DNA of 64,000 bases from Ramazzottius varieornatus. Its lineage: Eukaryota > Animalia > Tardigrada. The stretch spans positions 2,505,620-2,569,619 of the forward strand of contig BDGG01000004.1 in the NCBI GenBank assembly GCA_001949185.1, given 5' to 3'. Numbering within the stretch: the first letter of the stretch is position 1; each line of letters opens with the position of its first letter. The notes under the pieces were generated by a model that searched no databases, was not told the origin of the DNA, and saw nothing but the letters and a program-made list of their open reading frames with translations. Shown piece by piece: positions 11,401-22,455 of the stretch. Both the position numbers and the translations under genes were made by a program.

Positions 11401-14400
11401 GCCGCGTGAACCATGTTAAGTGATGTCAAACGAGGAAGAAATGGACCAAGATAATATTCTCCATGATTCGCGACGGTATGCAGTACCAATATGTCACGAA
11501 GCGTCTATACACGCTCATAGGAGGAATTTTTCAGAAGGATTCGCATTGTTTGTCCCTAATGAACCGAAGTATGACATTACGTAAGAAGAAAGTGGCAAAT
11601 TTGCAAGGAAGTCAGCCACTTGATTTGGATTTGAAGAGTGGGCTTTTCCGGCATGTCGTTATCGACCGCCGATATGGACTGCATGTTCACTGTGAACACC
11701 AACTCGTGTTGCGGATGAAAATGGTCGTTGCAAGTCAGTTCTTGTAGCGGGAATTAGCTCCTGTGCATACAAAGCTGGAGGAGCCTTGTACGTACAATTA
11801 CATAGTCTGCATCGGGAGAATTACATTGGGCGTGCCTGGCTGCTTAAGCCAGAAGACTTGCTGGGCTCGCTTATGAGTTTAAACTGCCGAACGTCCCGCT
11901 TGTCGATATTACGCGATAATTTTATAACCTAGTTTTGACAGTCTCTGAAAACATTCGTTTTCCTCAAACTCCGTTTCAGTCTTCAGAAAGTTTGCCCGTG
12001 TTTTGACAAGAGAAGTTAAGCGAAATTGATTGGGGCGAAAATCTGATTGTGAATCATGTCTTCCAGTCTTGATTTTTCCTCTCGACGAACCCGCCCTTCT
12101 TACGACCTATAAGACCATCTCCGTATCACTAACATTGATATGATTGATGGGATCAGCACGCGATCTGGAACTTCGATTAGTCCGCTGTTGTTCTAGCGTA
12201 CCATATTATTCCCGGTTTAATCAAGAGCTGACCTAATTTCGCCCACGCTTTTGGCGGATTTCTTCCTGTTTGATCTGCCCGTTGTTTTGTTCAGCTGCGA
12301 AAATTTCAGCCATGTTTAATCAGCCCGTTTCGGTTGTTGGTGTGGAGCCGACCTGCAGCCGGCGAACCAGTTGTCACTTGAGTGATATGTTACAAGTTGT
12401 TCTTGTCTGTCAATGAAGAGACATGTTTGCGCTCATCTGTGAACTTATCCTCCTGTTTACCTGTCCTGTTCGTGACCAGGAAGAATGCCTTCTCCAGTAC
12501 TCACCAATATTTCATTCACTTGCAGAAAAGGAGGACCCTTGCCGATCGCACAATCCGTGCAAATATGGCGCAAAGTGCGTGGGAAATTACATGACTGGTC
12601 AAAGCCAATGTATCTGCCCAACAACTTGCTCATCCTTTTTGGGCTCGGAGCCGGAACTCTCAGTGAGCAAATTTTGAGAAATGCATGATAACAGGCAAAT
12701 AGGGGCGGGAAAATGAAGCGAACCAGATTGTTGTCTCAGTTGGCGCACATTTCCCCTGTTACTGGCTGGAAGTGTTCGCTACTTGCGAAAACGAGCTGGT
12801 TCATTCCACTTGCCGAAGTTTTTGTCTTTGTACTTCCTGGTCCAGTAAATCTTTGGCTTGTGTTGCAGGACTCGAAATTTGTGTGCGGGAATGATTTCGT
12901 CACTTACGAGTCGGCCTGTCATCTTCGATTAGCGAGCTGCAAGGAGCAACGTCCGATTTATGTTGAATCTGCAGGCGTTTGTGGTATGTCATGCTGCGAA
13001 GTGCCTACTTACGTTGAAAAAATGGGTTGCAATTCCGCCACCGCTGGGTACATTGAAATTGATCAGGGCTTTGAGATTACTATTTTTGAGAATTTCAGAA
13101 TGAGCCATTTTTGGGAGGAAGTGGCTGGAGGAATGTGGGGAAGAGGACGGAAGCACTTAGTATATTGCCTGTCGGGTGTTGACGTCCAGGCAGCGTGTAG
13201 TGCTTTAATGAGCCTCTTGAACAAGCGCCAAATGATGTGATTTTCACATCATAAGTGTCCTTAGAAAACCGAGCCCTCAAATATTTGTTTTTTGAATTTG
13301 CGTAACTAGCTGTAGGCTTCCGCTGCATACACTCTACACTGAAGAGAACTTTGATTGGCTACAGGCGGGCCGCGGGATCCGCATTGTGTTTGCTTCTACT
13401 GCTGTGTTTAGCGTATCGATATCCAATACAGACGGTTCTCTGAGCAGCCTTACAATTTGCATATCCTTTTTTGTGGATGGTTTCCCTGCCTGGGACTGTC
13501 TCGCAGTCGGATCCATTACAATTCTTTGCAGGTGGCTGTTCGCGGAAGCAGTGCGACTTTTACGCCAGTTGCGAAGTGGACTTGCTGGGAGTTCCACGCT
13601 GCGTCTGCCCGTCAACATGCCCTCATGTGAGTCCAAGCAACACCTGTAATAATTCAGATGATCCAGGTCTGACAGACATAAAATGGGAAAGATTTTCAAC
13701 ACTGTGTTGAGCCGCACTGAAATCAGATAGAAAATAAAACCTGCATAGTTTATATCCATCCTCATATGATAGTAGGCAATCAAGAACGAAATCATGGCGT
13801 AGTATTTGGGCCTTCGTCTTTGTCTGCGACGTTATTTTTCTGCTTTCAGAATAACAAGCCAGTATGCGGAGTGGACGGAGTAACCTATCAAAATGACGTA
13901 AGTGGTATTCCCTGCGATATTCAGTCATACTTTATTTCGGGATTTCTTCTAAAGATAACCGTCGATGCTTTCTCTAGTGTCATCTACGAAGAGCAGCGTG
14001 CGAACAGCAGAGATTTGTGGTGATTGCCGCGCCAGTTCCTTGCGGTAAGTTCTCCGTCAGTTTTCGATGCTAGACTTGAAAAGCACTGCTCGGTAGAGTA
14101 ATAGTTCTCTGGACATAATTGACGAGGGGTAACTTATTGTGTACAACAATGTCCACCGATTGTGTGAACTTCACAACCAGCAGTCGCTGTAGGCAGTTAA
14201 AGGGTCAAAGCTTGTACTCCTCAGTCTGACTGGATGATTCCATGCGATTAGCGATGTTGCAATAAAAGTCCTGCTACAGTGGTTTGCCCTTGTCCGACTA
14301 TGTATTTAACTCATCAGTCTTGTTGCTTAATAGAATCGATTCCCAGTAATTTACCGGCTGCTTCTTTGCTGGAGTATGAAGAAGACGACGATGATGAAAA

Positions 14401-17400
14401 GGAAGGCCTGGAGGAGGATGATCGCGATGGACCGGGACAGACCGTGCTGGATCTGTCACAAACCTCCTGCGATCAAATGTTATGTCAAGAGTTCGGCGGA
14501 GTTTGCTCGACCATTGACAAGCGCATGCAGTGTCTGTGCAAATTTGATTGCTCTGCCTCCAAAGACGCGGTGAAGTGTGGAAAACTGCAATCTGACGGGA
14601 GCAAACGATTATACCCGAATGAATGCTCATTAAGAAAACATGCGTGTCAGCAGCTGACCAAAATAATCACCCTTCCTTTGGACCAATGCAAAGGTTAATT
14701 CTCTCGCACTACGTCGAAACCTTTCATGAGAACCCGAACGGCAAATTTCTCATTTGTTTTTCCTGTTGATCCAGTATTAACTCTTGACAATGTTGCAGAT
14801 TGACGAACCCAGTTTTTTTGCATTGAGTATAATTGAATTTTGTTCTTTACAGATTTGGATAGTCTTCCATGCAACGGGGCTCTTCCTCTGCGTAACAACA
14901 TAACCGGTCAAGATTTGCAGTGTGGAGATGATATCCGAAGTGAAAAGTGCCCTCCCGGGAGCTTCTGTCATAAATCCATTAGTGCAACTTATGCCAAATG
15001 TTGTCCGCAAGGTGACTGTAGCTTAGACAGTGTCAATTTGAATATTTTAAACGGATTGACTAACAGATATGACACACTCTTCCCTCTCAATACTCAACGA
15101 TATGATATGTGTCATTTGAATCTGGAATTCTTCCAGGAAGTGTGTCACTCGGGGACTGTGCTACAAGCCGTCACGGTTGCTGTCCTGATGGCGTCACAGA
15201 GGCTCATGGAAAAGATGGTTATGGATGCAAAAAGGCGTATTCGGAAATCAGCGGTAAACTTAATATTTAGAAAAATTAATCGGAAATTTACGCTATTCTG
15301 CGTGGGCTAACACTATGTTGTTTTCTGTAGGCCCCTGTGACTGTAACAAAATAGGGTCTCTGAGCAGTAAATGTGATGAGGAGACTAACCAGTGCAAGTG
15401 CAAGCCGGGAGTGGGCGGACCACGGTGTGACCGATGGTAAGGAGCAAAGCATTGCATTTTAAATTGTTATTGAAGTCACGCTCATGATATTTCCCCAGTT
15501 GATCAATTTATCCGCTGTATTGATTAATCGCGTGATGGACACGCTAGCGATCCAGTCTGACATGCTGGGTGGTCATTCCGACGATTGAACGACACATGCG
15601 AAAACAGCGGGCTTCTAAGTCAAGTCTGTCTTTTTGTTTTGCAGTCAACCGGGAATGTGGGGACTGAACAAATCCGCGCCCGCATTGAAAGGATGTACCC
15701 GTAAGACCCTTAAAAAACTTGAGAAGAAGCTTCTCGTCTATAATCCTAGAGTCAACATCTTCAGAGTTTTATTTATGGCTTAGCTTGTTCCTGTTCGAAA
15801 TTCGGATCAGTGCGACCAGACTGCGAGCAGATGACCGGAAGATGTTAGTAGTTCATTTAGGTGGTAAAAGATGGGAAAATGGTGATTGTCTTACAGTGGA
15901 AGTTTGTGATAGGTGTATGCAAGCCGGGAATTGTGGGGATGAAATGCGACACGTGTGCTGATGATCGACTGGTACTTCAAGCGGGAGGATGCGTTTCCGG
16001 TACGTTCCAGCTAATCGTTTCCTGCTATCATAAAGTTTATGGTGCGAGGACAATTGGGTTTTATGTCTATCTCCCTTTACAGCCGAGAACCATTCGCTAC
16101 ATCCATCATCTTGCGGAGAATTGATTTGTAATTTTGGTGCGGTTTGTGTGCAGAAGAATGGTCAAGCAGAGGCGCAGTGTGCTTGTGACATGAATTGTGA
16201 CGGAAAAGCCTCACAACATGTCTGTGGTACAGACAACTCAACCTACACGTCCATCTGTCAGTTGCGCCTACACGCATGTAACTTCCAAAAGGACATCACG
16301 ATTGCCCACTCGGGCATTTGTGGGGAAGGCAAGTTTGGGGCAGCATGGCGCTTTTGTCCCTCGTTAAATTATTCTGACAGGGTGCCATTATTCCATTAAC
16401 ATGCACAACATCTGACTCGGGTTCTCTCCTTGTTGACCCATTTTTCACATGGCAGGGAATGCTGTCACAAAAACTGTCTAAGAACTGTGACTTCAAATCA
16501 AAATTTAATTATCCCTTCTTTAGATGTGAAAGGTTACGGGACCGTGGAACCATTTCTCATAAGTGGTCCACAGTCGGACATGGACTCAAATCCTAATGAT
16601 AGCAACGTCTTGCCATGGGAAAGCGATGAGGTTCCCGCGAAAAGACAAAAAGGCATGTGTATAATTGATTTTTACAGCGTGAGAAACTGACAGAAGATCT
16701 AGCGGCAGTCCAAGACCTTATGCTAGAAAACCGTAAATGCTCTCATTACTGCTCCTACACGCGGCGCCTAAGTTCCTTTCGACAACTGACTCTTGCAGAA
16801 CTTTACTTACATACTTTTCTACATTCCAGAAGACGTGAATTTGAAGACAAAAGCTGCCGAAAAGAGTTATTGCGACAGGAAACCGTGCTTCAATGGCGGT
16901 ACATGCATTGAAACCGACCAGTCCATCGAATGTCGGTGTCCGCCAGGTTTCCGGGGACTTCACTGTAAAGAAGGTATTGGACCATATGCTTAACCGCAGA
17001 ATGTTTTTTTCTGTTTTTACGAATCAAAATCCGAAACCAGCGAAACTTCGAATCGCTCTCATGGACCAGTATGCTTGATCAAATTGTTTATTCGGGTTGC
17101 AGAAATGCTGACTACCATCCCCTCGTTCAGCGGCCAATCTTATTATGAACTAAGACCAATGAAGTCGAAATCGATTGACGTAATCGAGATCGATCTCATG
17201 CCCTACAGTCTGGACGGTATCCTCATGTACAACGGTCAGAAACCAGACGGAAGCGGTGACTTTATTTCGCTGACTCTTCGCAATGGCTTCGTGGAGTTCC
17301 GGTACGACTTGGGAGACGGTCCAGCCTTGGTTCGGACCACTGCACCCGTAACGCTGGAGAAACGCCATCGTGTGGTAGCACGACGCTACAACCAAGACGC

Positions 17401-19635
17401 TCTCCTGAAGCTGGACAACCATCCAGAGATATCGGGCCGAAGTCCCGGCAGCCGCAACTTCCTCGACATCGAAGACAACCTCTTTGTCGGCTCCGTTCCA
17501 TCACAACACGAACTCGTGTATGACAAGCTCGGTTGTAAGACGGGCTTTGTGGGTTGTGTCTACTCTATGAAGATTGGCAAACGGTATCTTGGCCTCACTG
17601 ATCCTGACGTGAATGATATCGTCGCTGCTTTTGAGATCGGTGAATGTGGGAAGAATGCCTGCTTGAGCTCGCCATGTCTTAACGGGGGAACTTGTGAAGC
17701 AGTGGCTAAGGGTATCCATTATCACTGTATTTGCGGGAAAGGACTGAGCGGTAAGAACTGCGAGGTTCGCCAGAGTCGAACTGAGGCGAGAGCAATCTCG
17801 GCCACTGAAGCCCGGAGTAGCGCGTGCACGAACTGCTCTCAAGAGCTCACAGTGGTCCCTTCGCCACCTTTGGCGGACTTTTCTGGGAACTCGTACCTGA
17901 CACTGCCGGCAATAACGGACGGGAACCCAGCACTGATGATTGAAATGTGGCTCTTGACAAGGTCGTCTCATGGTCTGCTGCTGTATGCTGGACAAAGACC
18001 CGGAAGTAGCGGCGGGGACTTTGTCTGCCTCAAGCTCAGTAACTTGAGATACGAGTTGCTATTCGATTTGGGAGATGGCCCTGTCAACGTAACGTAAGTT
18101 GTCCGAATGTGCGGTCTGCTAAGAGAACAAGAAGCTTCTGTAATAGATTGTCTATTCCACTAGTTTTATTATGTAAGTCGAGCCAACGAACAGAATGTCT
18201 CTTCTTCTGCAGTTATCCGGATCAAGTGCAGTTATCTGTGTGGCATTCGATCAAGGTACTTCGGCATGGAAAACGAGCATCACTGCAAGTGAACGATTTT
18301 CCTCTTGTCAGCGGAGAATCTCAGGTTAGACTCTTAACGTTGGTCAGATTTTCATCTTTGCAATCATAACACGAGGTATCAGGTATGTACTGATTCTGAA
18401 CGAGAGATTATTGGTTTAAAATCCTTGCAGGGCTCGCTGGCTGAACTAAATGTTGGGACGCAGACATTCATAGGAGGCGTCAAGCATCCATCTTTGCTGT
18501 CAAGATTCGCCGAGGCGCACCATTATTTCCAAGGAGCCATCCAGATGATTCAAATAAACAGCAAGAAATGGACGAACCTCATTCATGATGCAGTAGAGTC
18601 CCACAAGATCGGGGAGTACGTCGGAGCTCCTTGCCACGACAAGACAGTCCACTGCCATAATGGCGGCCTTTGCATACCAAGACTCGAAACGCACATATGC
18701 AAATGCCTCCCAGCATATAAAGGACAGGACTGCAGCGAAGGTGCGTTGCTGAAAGCTCTCGTGTATCGTACTGAACTGTACTATATCATGCCTGGCTGTT
18801 GCCACTTTTGTAGAAAGCCGGCTTCCTTCTAGAACTTTGGCCCAGCCGAAAGCTGTACATTTCGACGGCCATACTTTTCTTCAGTACCCAAACCTAGTCA
18901 GTCACAGGTAACTATGGATTGTCAATATGGAAAAATGTTCTGTGGGATTAATAATCATCGGTATACAAAGTTATGAGTGTTTGCTGCGGTACAGTACGAC
19001 GAGCCAGGACCAAAATACCTACACGCTACGTCTCAAGACCAGCGCACTGGACGGTCTGCTGCTCTGGCAGAGCAGTGGAAAAGCGACCACCGGCACTTAT
19101 TTCGCATTAGCTGTTGTCCATGGTCATGTCGAAATGAGTTGCAGTTTGGGGAAAGGGACAGAAAGCTTGGTGATCCGCTCGAAAAACTTCGTTAGTGATG
19201 GCAAATGGCACTCGATCGGCGTCGAAAGGTGCAGATAGATATTACACAGTGCAGTCTCCACATCCAGAATATGTAAATTTTACGATTTACAGGAAAAAAC
19301 ACACCGGCTCACTGGCTGTGGACGGAGAGAAACATACCAAGGCTTTAACTCACGGACCAACAGCATTGCACACTGACGGAAAGCTCTATATTGGTACGAG
19401 GATGAGAACATTTTACTGGAGAACCGTTAGTGGGTTTTTGACCCTGTTGATGACCTTTCGGTTTTTTACAGGAGGCTTTGCCGATGTACCGAACGGGTTC
19501 GCCGCATCGTATTACCAGGGTTTCCGGGGATGCTTGACAGATGTGGTCGTTTCCCATGATCATTTGCTAGCGTTATCGGCGAACCAGACCTTCGGATTGA
19601 AGTCGTGTTCAGCAGATCCCACAGAGAAAGATTGA
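8464..19635 (+). CDS. AGRN: Agrin: signal peptide, NtA, 4 follistatin/Kazal modules, lustrin/WR1-like Cys domain, 2 laminin-EGF, EGF-LG1-EGF-LG2-EGF-LG3
   Basis: Signal peptide [26 protein letters not shown]. NtA: [42 protein letters not shown]. Kazal motifs [30 protein letters not shown] and [17 protein letters not shown]: [23 protein letters not shown]. Three LG domains ([21 protein letters not shown]; FDGHTFLQY). Stop TGA at 19633-19635. Confidence 0.95.
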
Positions 19636-20044
19636 AACTTGCCGTAACAGACATCGATTATGGCGTCCCATAAAAAGCGCGTAGACCAAAATTGCTTGTC
19701 TTATCGCATCCTTGGTTGGATGCCTAGGGTATTCAGTTCCAGACCAAATTTGCCTTTGAGATTTATATTTTGTACAGCTTCATCGATAGCGATTTATAGC
19801 TTGTTCAACTTTGTTTTTTTTTGTTGTTGCGTACATTGTATATGTATCCGGAAATAACTGTTCGCAGAACATAAAATACGGAAAGAATTCGCTGTCTCGA
19901 AACCTCGAAGGTTCCATGTGCATAAAGATAACTGGAACTATACGAACATGATGCTAAAATCGCTTTGATAAGATTGATCAAATGAAACCAGGAAAGATCA
20001 TAATTCATCAAGAAATATCCGGTCACGTTGGTCTAATCGACGCA

Positions 20045-21063
20045 CTACAGCACAACACTCAAAGTAACAATCAGGACCACCAAAACCAAAGAAGGAAGCC
20101 AACTTTTCACAAACCGTGCCACACTGCAACATAAACTGTCATTAGATATCGAAGGAAATATGGATCTGAAACTGAGAGCACTTGGTCTCACCTAACATAG
20201 TGACCTCGGAACAACATGAAGAAGCAGAGGTTGACCATGTTCCAGTTGGTTTTGCCGTCGTACGTCATCAGGTTGAGGGCTGTGGCAACATGGGAGTGAC
20301 AATTATCACAGCACAGGTTGTGCTACGAGAAAAAAAGATGCAAGGTAGGGTATCTGTTTGTGTGTAGACTTAATGCTTTCTCGTTCGCACATGTCACGAG
20401 AAGCGATCAACCGGCTTGCGAAAATGAAGCTTCCACAGTGGTACATAAGGGGGATGACTTACAATACGGCCATTGTATATAGTCGACGCTTCCGCCACGC
20501 CTTTGTCCCAACCATCAGCTCCACTCAGTGCTTTAGCCGGATCGAGCTTCCAGTAACGAGTTGGTGCTCCAAACGCCATATTGTCCTCCTGAAGAAGAAT
20601 ACACAAGTAAAGCAAGTGACCGCTGTCATGTATGGTCGAAGTTTGATCTTACTCATCTGAGTCTTCCCTTGTTCGCTCTTCGAACTTACCGAAACGTAAT
20701 ATGGTCCAGCAAAATCTCTAATGACTCCTCGGGATGTCGCGATGCCCATGTGTCCAATGAACGGGAGCAGCCATCTACAGCAACAAAATGCACGTACGGA
20801 CGGTACGGTAACGGTGTAAAGGCAGAGCCCAGGGAGCCCAGGGAGCTCAATCCCGCTTTCCACACAGCTTACGGACAGGGACTACGGATAGATCACTTAC
20901 GATATTACTGGGATTGGTGTCTGCAAGGCAAATGAACAACGAGCGCTTAATGTAAGATGTCTCATATACACTGGTTGAGGTAACAAGTTTGTCTTACCCA
21001 AACAATGCAGAACGGATACCGACTCTTTGCATGGTCCACCTTAGCTGTCACGTCTTCTTCCAT
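20045..21063 (-). CDS. TMEM222: TMEM222 / RTE1-like (DUF778) membrane protein
   Basis: Spliced translation [58 protein letters not shown]...HNLCCDNCHSHVA...FVKSWLP..TM* matches the family motifs. Confidence 0.93.
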
Positions 21064-21496
21064 GGTGGGAACTCTCTGATACATCTCACATACACGAAGC
21101 ACTCAGTAACGTCCCACCTAGCGCAGGCAACATCCCAAGCAACCCATTTAGGATAGGATGATTTCCCGAATCTGTGCGACGGGAAGTACACTGTTGCACA
21201 GGCCGCGAATGTCCACCATCAGCCAGCGTTCGAAACCTGCTTACACTGCGCAAGAATATTGTTGCCCAGCTCAGACACAGCACTGAAAACCGTAGATGTG
21301 TTAGCCAGCACTTCGGGAACAACTCAAAGACCAAAGTGGGTAAGTGGATCAAAAACCAAAACAAAGAATTCTTCCCAGATTTTCTCATTTTGAGTCGAAA
21401 CAGCTCCTTGCCAACCAATTAAGGCGAAATCCATCCGTTCACAAAATCAATCAATCGTTCGGAAGTACTTCGTTAGTTAAAGGTTCCGATCACAAG

Positions 21497-21632
21497 TACG
21501 AGGATAAGGTCCTAACTTCGCTAACGATTAAAACTTTGTTCATGTCGTCACAACAGCTTTAAGCCTAGTTTCACTGGGTGACGACATTAGCGAAGTTCTA
21601 ACCGCTGGTAAAGTTAGGACCTTATCCTCATA
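21497..21632. mobile_element. Short TA-flanked foldback MITE, mariner-like TA-CGAGG end
   Basis: Left TAcgaggataaggtcctaactt versus right aagttaggaccttatcctcaTA, 19/20 complementary. Degenerate complementarity continues inward (atgtcgtcac / gtgacgacat). Confidence 0.7.
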
Positions 21633-22455
21633 CGACCAATCAAATTCGGCTCTGTATCGGGTTAAAGATTTTAGTTAGCCAAAGGGGAAATTCAGAAAGC
21701 ACTGATGAGCCGCTGGACTTCGCATTGCTGGAATGTAGAACACACGATCAAGCGGCTGATTTATTGCACTAGTCTAATATCGAGGCGGAGTGAATATTCG
21801 TCACATCATCGTCCATACAACCAAAAGGACCAAACTTTTCCGTCGGGCTTCCACAGGCAAGCCATAACATTAGGCGACGTTTCTCCCATATTTCAGAGCT
21901 CCGAGATGAGGGAATATGTCTTCCGCGATGAGAATTAAAGTAAATCTGTAATCGATGTTTCGTATGAAAGCCCGATCATGACTCGATTCTCCAACGTCCG
22001 GTATTACTGCTGATGGGTATTCTTCACCTTATCTACGACGGCTGTTTAATCAGCTTGCATTTTGGCACGGCGTTAGTGGCAGAATTTGGAGTACTGCAGT
22101 TCCGTAGTACGAGAAAGAAACCAAACAATCGCAAGTTTCATGACTTCGTCACTTTCACCATTTTCGTCGTACCTTCTTCCAGGTGGATTTGCTTCCAGGA
22201 TCTGTCCCGCGTTCACGCTCAGAACGGGTCAAGGCCATCGGTCAGCTATCCTTCAAATCTGTGTCGAAAGGCCACTCTGAAAGCAGCACAAAGTTTATCG
22301 GGATCGACCCGTCGTTCCGGAGAAAGACCGACCTTCATTTCAAACTCGTCTGTGGTTGCTAGAGCGGATTGTGTGCGTACTCCTTCTGCTTGCTCGACGC
22401 ATTACGAATAGTTTGTGGACGTCCGGGAAGTGTGTTTATCGCTGGCATACTGGAG

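Noticed and set aside
18366-18390. Internal ag|gtatcag|gtatgt in the agrin y-site intron as a microexon
   Set aside because: The exon would be 7 nt and shift the frame; extending the upstream exon hits a stop codon.
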